DNA of 64,000 bases from Nitrospirota bacterium (GCA_963818475.1 CAWFSF010000002.1:786497-850496); one strand, 5' to 3'. Positions 51,599 through 62,120 are shown, numbered from the stretch's first letter. The notes: generated from the letters alone by a model not told the origin. Translations and numbers: made by a program.

Positions 51599-53080
51599 AT
51601 GAAACTGATTCATAGGGTCACAAACAATCACGGTTTGAGAAGCCAGACGACATGGAAACTACTGGCCGCCAAAAATGCGCCAGCAATCATCGGAATTCTG
51701 CACACCCATCTTTTCGGAGACGAGCGGCGACTTTCGAGCTCTATTCTGCATGAACGGATAGCTCAAGATCTGCGCTTGCTAAAAGAATCTGGATTTGAGG
51801 AGCTTGAGAATAAACTTGAAGCCAAGGCCTATTTGCAGCAGTGGCTATCCGATGGATATCTTGAGCGATCATATGACGCAAAGTCCGGCGAGGAAGTATA
51901 TGAGTTAAGCGCCGGGGCAATCCAGGCGATCAGGTTTATAGAAACCCTTTCTCAGCAAAGATCGGTCGCAACCGAAAGCCGTCTCTCCATGGTGATCCAG
52001 CAGCTTACCCAACTTACGACAGAAACAGACCCGGATCCCGAATCACGGGTTAAAAGTCTGATAGAGGAACAAGCGAGAATCCAGACAAAAATTGACGCTA
52101 TCAGGTCAGGAGACCAAAAACCGCTTGCGGAAGACCGGGCTTTAGAGCGGTTGAGGGATATCATTCTACTAGTATATGAACTGGCAAATGATTTCAGACA
52201 GGTCAGGGACAAATTCAACCAGCTGAATCTTCAATTGCGCGAAAAAATAATTGAAAGTGAAGAGTCACGCGGAGGAGTGCTGGAGGAGCTTTTTGCGGGA
52301 GTGGATGTTATTGCTGAAAGCGATGCAGGCAAGACATTTAGAGCATTCTGGTCATTACTCACCGATCCCCAACAAAGCATGGAGCTGGAAGTGTCACTGG
52401 ACCAGCTCACGGAGAGGGAGTTTTCAAAATCTTTGAGTCGCGAGGAGCGGAAATTCTTGTTAGGAATGACAAGACTCTTGTTGGTACGCGGAAGTGATGT
52501 GCATGAAACGCTGCAGTTCTTTGCCAGGAGCCTGAAGCAGTACGTGACAAGCCGGGAATACCTTGAGCACCGGAGATTCAGTCAAAAAATAAAAGAAGCG
52601 CAACGCTTGGCCTTGGAAATAAAAAACAGTGTAAAGCCTACGGACCAAATAGGTTACAATCTCCGCCTCACCAGCATCAAGCTCTCCTCTGTATCTCAAT
52701 TAAAGTTAAACGACCCAAGTCTCCATTATTCCAAAACCGGTATAGACCTCGCGGGCCCTCCAAGAATTTCCCTCGAATCCGTCAGCGAGATGGTCGCAAA
52801 TTCCGAGATCAACTTCAGGCAGCTCAAGAAGAATATTCAAGCCATAATCATAAACGGCAACCTGGTTACCATTAAGGATATCCTGGATAAGTATCCCGCA
52901 GAGCAGGGCCTTGGGAGCGTAATAGGATATCTGTCAATCGGTACACGGCATGGCGTATTGTCGAGAGACAAAGAAGAAATAGTGCAATGGAAGGGTATGG
53001 ATGGACAGTATCGCATTGCCCGGATCCCTTGCATCTATTTTCAGAAAGGCTGTTTCGATGGCAGACAAAAAACAAGATAG
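51599..53080 (+). CDS. jetA: Wadjet JetA (DUF3375)
   Basis: WKLLAA.NAP, W..DGYL, TESRL, DF..V...F, SDAGKTFRAFW; operon context. Confidence 0.88.
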   Translation: MKLIHRVTNNHGLRSQTTWKLLAAKNAPAIIGILHTHLFGDERRLSSSILHERIAQDLRLLKESGFEELENKLEAKAYLQQWLSDGYLERSYDAKSGEEVYELSAGAIQAIRFIETLSQQRSVATESRLSMVIQQLTQLTTETDPDPESRVKSLIEEQARIQTKIDAIRSGDQKPLAEDRALERLRDIILLVYELANDFRQVRDKFNQLNLQLREKIIESEESRGGVLEELFAGVDVIAESDAGKTFRAFWSLLTDPQQSMELEVSLDQLTEREFSKSLSREERKFLLGMTRLLLVRGSDVHETLQFFARSLKQYVTSREYLEHRRFSQKIKEAQRLALEIKNSVKPTDQIGYNLRLTSIKLSSVSQLKLNDPSLHYSKTGIDLAGPPRISLESVSEMVANSEINFRQLKKNIQAIIINGNLVTIKDILDKYPAEQGLGSVIGYLSIGTRHGVLSRDKEEIVQWKGMDGQYRIARIPCIYFQKGCFDGRQKTR

Positions 53081-53723
53081 CCAGAGCTCTTTATCCGATA
53101 ACGTAAAGAATGAACCGCTCTATCCAGGCGACACGGGATCCCTTCCTGGGGATGCGCGAAGGGTATTGACGCATCTGCTGGCGGGACCGTCCTTGGAGGA
53201 AAAACGTCATGCCATCATGTGGCCGACACTTCTCAGACATGAAAAGGAAATTCGAAGCAGGCTTTCCGAGTTGTTCCTGGACCTGGAGGTCGACAAAGAA
53301 CTGGGTGTTGCATTCATTCGTCAGGCGCGAACCGGCGATCTGGATGCCCCGATCCTGGTTCGTCAGTTGTCCCTGACCTACATGCAGTCGGTCCTGATAC
53401 TGTATCTTCGAAAGCTGCTTATGGATGCCATTGCGAGAGGTGAGGCGGCGATTACTTCTCATACTGAAATCTCCGAAGAAATGAAATTGTATGATACCGC
53501 CGACAATACAGATCGCGCAGGCTTTGAAAAACATGTGTCTTCGGCGATCGACAAGATGAAGAAAAACAGCATATTGAGTCTTATCCGCGGGAGCGAAGAC
53601 CGATATGAAGTATCGGCAACTTTAAAGTTATTGTGCACGCCAGAGGACGTTGATGCTTTTACCCGCCAGTATCAGAAGCTTCGAGACGGCGGGTTCCAGG
53701 AAACCACCGGGGGAGTGGAATAA
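53058..53723 (+). CDS. jetB: Wadjet JetB (DUF4194)
   Basis: ARRVL..LLAGP, IRSRLSELFLDL.VD...GVAF; lies between jetA and jetC. Confidence 0.88.
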   Translation: MADKKQDSQSSLSDNVKNEPLYPGDTGSLPGDARRVLTHLLAGPSLEEKRHAIMWPTLLRHEKEIRSRLSELFLDLEVDKELGVAFIRQARTGDLDAPILVRQLSLTYMQSVLILYLRKLLMDAIARGEAAITSHTEISEEMKLYDTADNTDRAGFEKHVSSAIDKMKKNSILSLIRGSEDRYEVSATLKLLCTPEDVDAFTRQYQKLRDGGFQETTGGVE

Positions 53724-53724
53724 A

Positions 53725-56700
53725 ATGTCCGTGAATGATAAATGGCGGGAGCAGCAGTTCCGGATGAGACGTCTCCAGGTTTGTAACTGGGGAACATTCT
53801 CCGGTCTTCATATCGTACCTATTTCCGAGAAAGGGCACTTGTTTATCGGCCGATCAGGATCAGGCAAGAGTTCTCTTCTTGACTCAATTTCTGCCCTACT
53901 GATCCCTCAACGATGGCGGGAATTCAATGCTGCGGCAAAAAAGGGTGAAAAAGGGAGGCACGATAGAAACTGGGTATCTTACATCCGCGGAGCTTGGAGT
54001 GAACAAACCATGGATGACGGCCAGATCGCAACGCAGTTTCTCCGGATGGGAACGACGTGGTCGGCGCTCGCGCTTGAATATGGAAACGAGCAGGGGCAAA
54101 TTGTTAGTCTTATACAGCTACATTGGATAAAAGGTAATTCTAATCAAGAAGGTGATGTAAAGCACCATTTTATGATCGCAAAAAGATCATTTGATGTAAA
54201 AAAAGAGTTGGAAGGTTTTCAGGACACAGATATCCGCAAACTGAAGCAAAGACTCGTCGAAGTTAAGCCCTTCGATACATTTGAATCCTATGGTGAACAT
54301 TTCAGACAACTTTTCAGCATCGAAAACGACATTGCTCTTAAATTGCTCCAAAAGACACAAGCGGCAAAGGATCTTGGCAGGGACCTGAACGAATTTTTAC
54401 GTGATTTCATGCTTGATACACCAGAAACATTTGAGGTCGCGGATCGGCTGGTTGAAGGTTTTACGGAGTTGAATTCTGCGCATTCAGAGGTTGTCGATGC
54501 AAGAAAGCAAATCGCAGTGTTGATTCCTGCAAGGGAAGACTACCGGCAGCATAAAATTAACGAGGAGAAGATTGCTCAACTTGCTGACTTGGAAGCATCA
54601 GTAGAACCATATAAAAATCGGCAAGAAAAAGTGCTTGCGGAAGATGCAATTGAGAAGCTGAATACACAGGATAAGGGGTTGGAGGCACAGGAAAAACAGC
54701 AGCTTCAAGAATATCTCGATCTGTCCAAACACCTTAAACTGCTCGAGGATGAGTACGGCGAGAAGGGTGGCGCCCGCATACAGGAATTAGAACGCAGTAT
54801 ACAGGAAGCTGAACGTGAGAGAGGTGATAGAGCTGCAAAGGAAATCCAAGCAGTTAATGCATGTAAAACCCTGGACCGCATCTTGCCGAAAGAACCTCTC
54901 GAATTCTCAGAGCTTGCTTCAGAAGCAAGGGGAATATTGGACAGACGTAAGGAGTCTAGCAGGCAGGACAGTGATAAACTCGTAGGTTTAAGCAAACGTC
55001 TGGACGAAGTCGAAAAGAAGTTCGAAAATACGGTTCGTGAAGTCAATATGTTGAAGCGAAAACCGTCCAATATAGACGCAAACATGCATGAACTTCGGTC
55101 GCAGGTTGCCACTGCTGTAGGCATTCCCGAAGATGATCTGCCATTTGTCGGAGAGCTGATAGAGGTCAAAAAGGAAGAATCCGCATGGCGTGGCGCAGCT
55201 GAGCGACTTTTGAGGGGATTTGCATTATCTCTTCTTGTAGACGATAAAAATTATGCGGCCGTGTCAAACTATATCAATAACACCGACCTGAATAGGCGAC
55301 GCTTAGTTTATTACAGGACAACACCTGAAGGATATGGTCTTAGTCGTTCCACAGATGATCAGTCATTGTTCAACAAGTTGATTATTAAGGAGACTGTTTA
55401 TAAGCCATGGCTCGACTCTGAATTAAAAAAGAGATTTGATTATATCTGTGCTCGTGATATGAAGGAATTCCGACAGGCCGACTACGCTATTTCCCGGGAA
55501 GGCCAGGTCAAACATGGTAAATCTAAACACGAAAAGGATGATCGTAACTTTATCAACGACCAAAGCCAGTGGGCGTTAGGGTTTGACAATAGTGAAAAAA
55601 GACGTCTCTACGAGGGGCTGGCAAAACAGCAGGCAGAAGAAATATCGGGTCTCAGTAAACAGCATAAAAAGCTTCAGGAAGAAATTGAGAACCAACAGGA
55701 CCGTCTGATAGCATGCCAGACTCTTGCCAATCTCCAATGGCAGGAAATAGACGTCAGCAGCGTTATGGGTCGGATCAAGGAATTATCGAAGATGAGGGAT
55801 GATTTGCGTAATTCCGCCAGTATCACATTACAAGAGATCGCAGACCGGATCAGTCATCAAAAGCAGGAACTCAGCGATGCCGATGCTGTATTACGTGATA
55901 TAAGGGTTGATCGCAAGGCTATAGAAAAAGATAATGATAAATTGCTAAAAAGGCTGGAAGAGGTACGTATCAGAATCGCAGATACGTTATTATCAAATGA
56001 GCATGAATCAATGCTGTCTACACGATTTGAATCAGCGGGTGTACTTACGCTTGATAGCCTGGATAAGCTGCAGGGGAAGGTAAGACTTGGAATTGTTGGT
56101 GAAAAGAATGACTTGATCGCTGAACAAGCGAAAAAGAAAGCAGCTATAGAAAGGTGCTTTCGTGATTTTCTTGGACAGTGGAGAGGATTCGATAGTAACT
56201 TCAAAGATACCCTGGATTTTGCACCGGATTTTATAATACATCTGGAAAAGTTGGAATGTGATGGGTTGCCAAAGGTCGAGGACCGTTTTTTTGCTTTGCT
56301 TAGTGATCAGGGAACTCAAAATATTACTGCTTTAAACAGCTATATTTCAGAAGCACGAAAGAAAATCCGGGACCGGATGGATGAAGTCAATTCGGTCCTC
56401 GAGACGGTGGATTACAATTTGGAAACATTCCTTCAGATTGAAGTGAGTGATCGTCATTTATCGCAGGTTCAGGCCTTCAGGGAACAGATTAAACAGGTGC
56501 TGAATAATAGCTGGATTACCACTAAGGATGACGCCGAGGCACGATTCGAAGTATTACGCGGGTTGGTGCATAAACTTGGTTCTGAAGAAAAGAGCGATCT
56601 GCAGTGGAAGAAGCTCGTTCTTGACGTTCGTCAACATGTTGAGTTTGTGGGCAAAGAATACGACAAGGAGAGCAAACAGGAAAAGCAGGCGCACCGCTCC

Positions 56701-57057
56701 GGCGCCGGAAAATCAGGCGGGCAGCGTGAAAAACTGGCAGCAACTATTCTGGCCGCAGCCCTTCGGTATCAGCTTGGGAGTGCCGACAACGAGCCGCCGG
56801 TCTACGCACCTGTGGTTATTGATGAAGCGCTCGCGAACAGCGACAATGAGTTTAGCGAGACGGTAATTAAAATCTTCATAGGTATGGGTTTCCAGCTTGT
56901 TCTCGCCACGCCGCTCAAGAGCGTGATGACGATCGAGCCTTATATCGGCGGCGCCACTTTTATCGATATCGTCGAGAATAAACAATCCAGCACGCTACAG
57001 ATCGAATATAACGAGGACAAGCAGCGCCTGAACTTGCCAGAGACCGTAAATGGGTAA
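53725..57057 (+). CDS. jetC: Wadjet JetC SMC-like ATPase
   Basis: NWGTF, GRSGSGKSS, long coiled coils, LPFVGELI, KSGGQ, VVIDEA. Confidence 0.92.
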   Translation: MSVNDKWREQQFRMRRLQVCNWGTFSGLHIVPISEKGHLFIGRSGSGKSSLLDSISALLIPQRWREFNAAAKKGEKGRHDRNWVSYIRGAWSEQTMDDGQIATQFLRMGTTWSALALEYGNEQGQIVSLIQLHWIKGNSNQEGDVKHHFMIAKRSFDVKKELEGFQDTDIRKLKQRLVEVKPFDTFESYGEHFRQLFSIENDIALKLLQKTQAAKDLGRDLNEFLRDFMLDTPETFEVADRLVEGFTELNSAHSEVVDARKQIAVLIPAREDYRQHKINEEKIAQLADLEASVEPYKNRQEKVLAEDAIEKLNTQDKGLEAQEKQQLQEYLDLSKHLKLLEDEYGEKGGARIQELERSIQEAERERGDRAAKEIQAVNACKTLDRILPKEPLEFSELASEARGILDRRKESSRQDSDKLVGLSKRLDEVEKKFENTVREVNMLKRKPSNIDANMHELRSQVATAVGIPEDDLPFVGELIEVKKEESAWRGAAERLLRGFALSLLVDDKNYAAVSNYINNTDLNRRRLVYYRTTPEGYGLSRSTDDQSLFNKLIIKETVYKPWLDSELKKRFDYICARDMKEFRQADYAISREGQVKHGKSKHEKDDRNFINDQSQWALGFDNSEKRRLYEGLAKQQAEEISGLSKQHKKLQEEIENQQDRLIACQTLANLQWQEIDVSSVMGRIKELSKMRDDLRNSASITLQEIADRISHQKQELSDADAVLRDIRVDRKAIEKDNDKLLKRLEEVRIRIADTLLSNEHESMLSTRFESAGVLTLDSLDKLQGKVRLGIVGEKNDLIAEQAKKKAAIERCFRDFLGQWRGFDSNFKDTLDFAPDFIIHLEKLECDGLPKVEDRFFALLSDQGTQNITALNSYISEARKKIRDRMDEVNSVLETVDYNLETFLQIEVSDRHLSQVQAFREQIKQVLNNSWITTKDDAEARFEVLRGLVHKLGSEEKSDLQWKKLVLDVRQHVEFVGKEYDKESKQEKQAHRSGAGKSGGQREKLAATILAAALRYQLGSADNEPPVYAPVVIDEALANSDNEFSETVIKIFIGMGFQLVLATPLKSVMTIEPYIGGATFIDIVENKQSSTLQIEYNEDKQRLNLPETVNG

Positions 57058-58216
57058 ATCAATCCTACTCGGGAAAAAAGAGATCACCCAGAAGTTGCGT
57101 CAGAAATACCAGAACAACCACCGGGATTGGCTGGCAGGGGAAGGTGTCTGGCCTGTTGTGCTTTCTCTTGGACTACCTGTTGAGCGTAATGCTGCGGAGA
57201 ACATAAAAGACGTTCAGGAATGGCAGCAGCATTGGCATACATGGCGAGGGGAAGGCGAGATCGTCTGGGTGGAGCGGCGATGGACGGGCCTGGGAAACCA
57301 GCATTTACCGGAGAAGATATTGTTCCATACGCCGTCGCAGGTGGTAGCCTGGATAGGCGAATCAGAGCGCTGGATACAAGCTGTCACGCGATACAGTAAA
57401 ATGACCTTGTCATGGCCCTGCTTGTCAGGAGTGCTTCAAAAGCATTTTGAAGTCCTGGCTGATTATCAGGAGGACGAGTTTAATCGCTTGGTCGCAATGC
57501 TCATGTGGCTTGAGGTCAATCCTAATTCCGGGCTTTATATCCGTCAACTACCGGTAATAGGTCTTGATACAAAATGGCTTTCTAACCGCGAATCAGTTGT
57601 CTTCTCACTATTGCAAACCATTGTTGGCGTTAATGAAAAAAAGGACCTTTATGGCCTGGCCGGACTGCGCAAGGAGCCGACTTTACTCCGTTGTCGACTT
57701 CTGGACCCCGATCTGAGGCGCATGTTTGGTGGAGTAGGGGATATTTCTGCGCCAGTGGAAGATCTGGCTACTTTGCATCTGCCGGTAAAATACGTTTTCT
57801 TTGTCGAAAATTTGCAAACCGGCCTGGCATTCTCTGACCTGCCCGGTTCAATTGTATTTATGAGGGCTGGATATGCGGTGGACCTGTTTGGTAAACTTCC
57901 ATGGCTCCGACACTTGCCATGCTATTACTGGGGCGACATCGATACCCACGGTTTTGCCATATTGAATCGCATGCGTAATCACTTTTCTCAGACCAAATCA
58001 GTGCTCATGGATAAAGAAACGCTTCTTCAGAACCGAGATCTTTGGGTAAATGAAGGGAAACCGAAAAAAAATGCAGACCTGACTTTTCTAACGGACGACG
58101 AGAGGGAAGTGTATATTGCTCTGAGCAACGATCAATGGAACATCAATCTCCGGCTGGAACAGGAACGGATTCCTTGGGCATATGCGTGGCAACAGTTGTG
58201 TTTACTACTTCAATAG
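57050..58216 (+). CDS. jetD: Wadjet JetD Toprim nuclease (DUF3322+DUF2220)
   Basis: YIRQLP..GLDTKW, VENLQT, YWGDIDTHG, RLEQE. Confidence 0.92.
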   Translation: MGKSILLGKKEITQKLRQKYQNNHRDWLAGEGVWPVVLSLGLPVERNAAENIKDVQEWQQHWHTWRGEGEIVWVERRWTGLGNQHLPEKILFHTPSQVVAWIGESERWIQAVTRYSKMTLSWPCLSGVLQKHFEVLADYQEDEFNRLVAMLMWLEVNPNSGLYIRQLPVIGLDTKWLSNRESVVFSLLQTIVGVNEKKDLYGLAGLRKEPTLLRCRLLDPDLRRMFGGVGDISAPVEDLATLHLPVKYVFFVENLQTGLAFSDLPGSIVFMRAGYAVDLFGKLPWLRHLPCYYWGDIDTHGFAILNRMRNHFSQTKSVLMDKETLLQNRDLWVNEGKPKKNADLTFLTDDEREVYIALSNDQWNINLRLEQERIPWAYAWQQLCLLLQ

Positions 58217-58357
58217 CAGAATCTAAGAAGCTCATAGGAAGCTCATAGAGCTCAGGGGGCTTTTGGGGTCTGACTTTAGAATTGACATTCTCCTATTAGC
58301 GACACCCATGAGATGCGAACTCCTAGTGCAGTCTCTTCGGTTTGACGCTATGCAGTT

Positions 58358-59020
58358 ATGGTGACCATGTTCTTCCCCCACCCAAATAAAAAGCTCCATG
58401 ACCACTTTTCCCTCAAACCCTACCAGGGCTCAAATCCCTCCTCATCCCGCTTTCTCTTCTTCGGTCTTGATGCGAACTACGATCCGGAGATAGAAGACAA
58501 GCCATACTTCTCCGAAATAATTTCCTACCTAGAAGACGGTGTCGACTATTGGAAACGGCGCGGAGTGCATCATCCGTTCCGGCTTCCGCACTATCGATGC
58601 GACGGCGCATTGTATCATCGGCGGTTCGCAGAGATCGGATTCGGGCCTGAGCATGCGGAGCAGGTTTCGTTTGTCGAGCTGATCGATGTCCCCACGTACG
58701 GCACGAGCAAACTGGTATTGAATGACTTGAAATCCACGCACATAGACCGACTGCTTGATTGGGTGCAGAACGGCAGCGCGGAATTTATCTTTATTCCGAT
58801 CGGCGTTGCCCGTCTGCTCAAGCGTACTTCGCAATTCTCATGGCTTCCGGATAGATCAATGGGACACTACAAATCCTTGCCCATCCTTTTCCGCTCGGAT
58901 AGCAAGACCGTGTTCTCTCCGTATCATTTCTCGTGCATCGGCCGCGGCTGCCTGAAGAAGGACCGCGATCTTCAGATCAGGGATATTGGCGCGCTTATCA
59001 GGAACCAAAGATCACGGTAA
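58358..59020 (+). CDS. Hypothetical protein next to Wadjet
   Basis: 220-aa ORF with KPYQG, FLFFGLDAN, HHPF and SFVEL motifs. Confidence 0.65.
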   Translation: MVTMFFPHPNKKLHDHFSLKPYQGSNPSSSRFLFFGLDANYDPEIEDKPYFSEIISYLEDGVDYWKRRGVHHPFRLPHYRCDGALYHRRFAEIGFGPEHAEQVSFVELIDVPTYGTSKLVLNDLKSTHIDRLLDWVQNGSAEFIFIPIGVARLLKRTSQFSWLPDRSMGHYKSLPILFRSDSKTVFSPYHFSCIGRGCLKKDRDLQIRDIGALIRNQRSR

Positions 59021-59320
59021 TCAATGATTATCTTGAAGAGCGGATCACGTTCTTTGGAGAGCAGGTAAAGAGCTTTGAGACCGCGAAAGAAACGCAGCAC
59101 CAAACAGAACCGGTGCATCATGCAAAACAAAAAGCAACGGATAACCGACCACATGGCTCGCTGGCAGCAGCGTCGAACGTCTTCTACCGATACCAAATTA
59201 ACTTTAAGTTGGTGAAAGGCTAAAAGGCCGCCTGTAAAATAAGAGGTTGCCTTATTTTAGTTTTTGTGTAAAATCTAAAACAGCAGTGTTCCTAATTTTA
59301 GGTAGCCAAGAGGCTTCTTA

Positions 59321-59400
59321 ATGAAAAACTTCCAATCCGGCAAGCTTGTTCAGCAAGACCTACAAAAGCTTTCAACCGAATCCAATCAATAATGCCTGGT
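59321..59400 (+). pseudogene. Fic-family N-terminal remnant
   Basis: MKNFQSGK.VQQ / YKSFQPNPIN..W across one indel. Confidence 0.5.
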
Positions 59401-59414
59401 CTCGAGACCTCTTA

Positions 59415-59548
59415 GGGTCTTGCGGCTTGACATTTCCCTTTTCTTAAGCTATTTTCCCGTCCCCTTCGCATAGAATATCCTGGTGCCGTATACCACATCA
59501 CTTCCCGCGGCAACGAGAAGTAGCCCGTCTTCAAGGACGATCAGGATC
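59415..59548 (+). pseudogene. REP-associated (Y1) tyrosine transposase 5' remnant
   Basis: SRPLRIEYPGAVYHITSRGNEK*PVFKDDQD, preceded by GGGTC...TTGACA. Confidence 0.8.
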
Positions 59549-59617
59549 CCGGGCGGCCCTCTGTCAGCACCCTGATTTCCCCTCAACTAATAGAAAACAA
59601 TAGCTATGATATAATAT

Positions 59618-59756
59618 TTATGATGGTCTCGTAAGAAGGCTCCTCTGCCGTCATTGCGAGGAGCGGAGCGACGCGGCAATCTCGTTTTTTCAGGCGGTTA
59701 CAAACTGCGAGATTGCTTCGCTTTGCTCGCAAAGACGGCTTAAAGGACTTTTTACG
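59618..59756. repeat. REP-like structured repeat
   Basis: GTCATTGCGAGGAGCGGAGCGACGCGGCAATCTC / GAGATTGCTTCGCTTTGCTCGCAAAGAC, inside the IR TCGTAAGAAG / CTTTTTACGA. Confidence 0.7.
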
Positions 59757-59805
59757 AACACATCACTTATATGCACTATATCCAGGTGCACAAAGGAGGC
59801 GCGCG

Positions 59806-59955
59806 ATGGGACACAAGGGCATCAAGAAGGGCAAAGGTCAGAGCCAGAAGCAGAAAACAACGAAGCCTGCGCATGAGATGCATCAGAAGAAGGACCGTCG
59901 CACCACGAGAACGCTTGAAGTAAAAGGCGGCCTTTTAGGGTCGCGAGTATCTTGA
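59806..59955 (+). CDS. Small basic protein
   Basis: AAGGAGG RBS; Lys-rich 49 aa. Confidence 0.45.
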   Translation: MGHKGIKKGKGQSQKQKTTKPAHEMHQKKDRRTTRTLEVKGGLLGSRVS

Positions 59956-60251
59956 CGATCTGATTCCGCTGGGGAAGCCGTGTGCCTATAGGGCAGGTCT
60001 CTTTTGTTGCATGCAGCTCGTTTCGCTGCAAGGGCTTAAGCCCGTTAATGTCTGACTTGATTCTGTAGTTATTTCAACTAAGCCTTGCAAGGCCGGAGAG
60101 AACGCTCTCTGGCCTTTTGTTTTGCAGTGATTTACGAAAGCTCCGCCAGCTCGCTTAACCGCCGAACGTCTCGAAGTCTCGTCTGTACTATTGGACTTTT
60201 ATTTAATATTCTGATACCCTTTTCCAGTCGCATCAGAGAGGGTGTCAAGGA

Positions 60252-60818
60252 ATGCCGTCTATTGTAACCCACACAGCCGTGCCGATCGCTGTTGCCTGTG
60301 CTGCCGGTACCCGCAAAATCCCGCCCCGCTTGCTGGTGGCGGCCATGGCGGCCTCGATGCTTCCGGATGCCGACGTGATCGGGCTTGCTTGCGGGATTCC
60401 CTATGCCTCTGTCTTTGGCCACCGCGGTTTTTTTCACGCGCCTCTGTTCGCTCTCCTCATATGCCCGCTGGCTGCCTTCGCATGGCGCAAGGTGAGAACG
60501 AGCTACCTGTCCGTCTTCGTTGTGTTGTTCCTTTCCATGGTGTCGCACGGGGTGCTCGATGCTGCAACGAGCGGCGGTCTCGGCGTCGCGTTCCTGAGCC
60601 CCTTCAGTAATCTTCGCTACTTTTGGCCCTGGCATCCCATTGCTGTTTCGCCGTTCGGCGTAAGCCGGTTCTTCGGCCCCTGGGGCCTCAGGGTAATTAA
60701 ATCCGAGTTCCTTTGGGTGTGGGTGCCCTGTCTTGTTATAAGCGTTGTCGGCATCTTTCTGAGAAACTACATGATGCCTGTTCGTCGGCAACTTCTCAAG
60801 GCTCTTAAAATTCTATAG
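60252..60818 (+). CDS. Membrane metal-dependent hydrolase (YdjM/YbcI family)
   Basis: MPSI.TH, LPDADV, FGHRGFFH, SHGVLDA.T.GG.GVA. Confidence 0.9.
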   Translation: MPSIVTHTAVPIAVACAAGTRKIPPRLLVAAMAASMLPDADVIGLACGIPYASVFGHRGFFHAPLFALLICPLAAFAWRKVRTSYLSVFVVLFLSMVSHGVLDAATSGGLGVAFLSPFSNLRYFWPWHPIAVSPFGVSRFFGPWGLRVIKSEFLWVWVPCLVISVVGIFLRNYMMPVRRQLLKALKIL

Positions 60819-60861
60819 AGGCACCGGCTCAAACGCAATGAAGCGGGGAGAAGGGAAAAAC

Positions 60862-61041
60862 ATGCATCGAAAATTTTTGGGCTCGACGATGGCGCTTGCA
60901 TGTGGAATATTTTTTCTATTCGCGATCGGCTCGCCGAGTCCTGATGGGCTTGACACTTTTTTGACCGGACTTGTATTCATACTAGGCGCGGTAATATATA
61001 AGTCGGCGAAGAAAAGAAAATTAGGCATTGCGAGTAGATAA
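60862..61041 (+). CDS. Small 2-TM protein, possibly truncated
   Basis: Two hydrophobic segments followed by YKSAKKRKLG. Confidence 0.4.
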   Translation: MHRKFLGSTMALACGIFFLFAIGSPSPDGLDTFLTGLVFILGAVIYKSAKKRKLGIASR

Positions 61042-61356
61042 TGAACCTTGACGATATCATTAAGGACAGACGCAGCGTGAGGGAGGTCAAGGACCAGGAG
61101 ATCCCCGAGAGTGCTATTGATTGTCCTCATCGAGGCCCTTCGCTGGGCGCCGAGCGCCGGGAACCTCCAAAGCAGACAGTTCTATTTTGTCTTTAACGAA
61201 GCTCTTCGGAACAAGCTTGCACAGACGGGCCTGAGACACGACTACGTCAGCTTCATTGCACGGGCACCGCTCTCGGTCGTCGGATGCGCGGACCTGCGCA
61301 TTGCCTCGCGCTACAAGGAACGGGGCACGGACCTCTACTGCGAACAAACGTTATAA
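61041..61356 (+). pseudogene. Truncated nitroreductase
   Basis: I..RRSVR and APSAGNLQ motifs; the C-terminal half is missing. Confidence 0.75.
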
Positions 61357-61655
61357 CTGGATCTATCCATCATGCCATCCCTCTCATCATATCTCCCATG
61401 AAATGTGACCTTAGTATTAAAAAATAAACATTTCTTGACTATTTTACTATTTCAACGAAAGTTCCCGCCCTCCTCAAAAGCAAAACGGATTGCCCCCTCC
61501 CGATTAGTTGCTATATTAAGAGTAAGAGGCTGTTTGAATGAGTTTCTTATTATCCTAGATACGGCAGTTGGCCACATAAGTCACAAAATTCACATGGTAA
61601 CATCTTCTTAACACAAAAAGCATAGTCACTTTCTTGGTGAAAGGAGGCGAATTCG

Positions 61656-62120
61656 ATGAACAGGGCCAGAACCTGGACCGTTATTAAAGTTATTGTTCTT
61701 GTCTGCATCGCCGGGGCCGCAGTGATGGTTTTCCTCATGTTCGGTCCGCCCAAACTGCTTGCCAAATCGGAGTCTCCTGATTTTTGCTCCAAATGCCATG
61801 TGATGGGGCCGGAGTTTGAAGCGTGGACGCACATGGGAGCGCACCGGAGAAAATTGTGCGTGGACTGCCACTTGCCGAACGGAAACCTGGGCATCCACTA
61901 TATCTGGAAGGCTTTGGACGGATTGAAAGATGTGGTGTTTTTCTACTCCGGCAGCGTTCCGGAACGGATCATACTGACTGCTCACGGCGAGAAGGTATTG
62001 CAGGCCAACTGCATCCGCTGCCATGAAAGCACGGTCGAGTTCATCAATCATGAAAGAAAGTGCTGGGAATGTCACCGCAGGCTCATTCATACCCGGAGCG
62101 GAGCAATGGAAACACTATGA
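61656..62120 (+). CDS. nrfH: Cytochrome c nitrite reductase small subunit (tetraheme)
   Basis: N-terminal TM and four CxxCH motifs; directly upstream of nrfA. Confidence 0.93.
   Translation: MNRARTWTVIKVIVLVCIAGAAVMVFLMFGPPKLLAKSESPDFCSKCHVMGPEFEAWTHMGAHRRKLCVDCHLPNGNLGIHYIWKALDGLKDVVFFYSGSVPERIILTAHGEKVLQANCIRCHESTVEFINHERKCWECHRRLIHTRSGAMETL

Noticed and set aside
61400-61630. FNR/HcpR-type site upstream of nrfH
   Set aside because: Only TCACA or TGTGA half-sites; no correctly spaced palindrome found.
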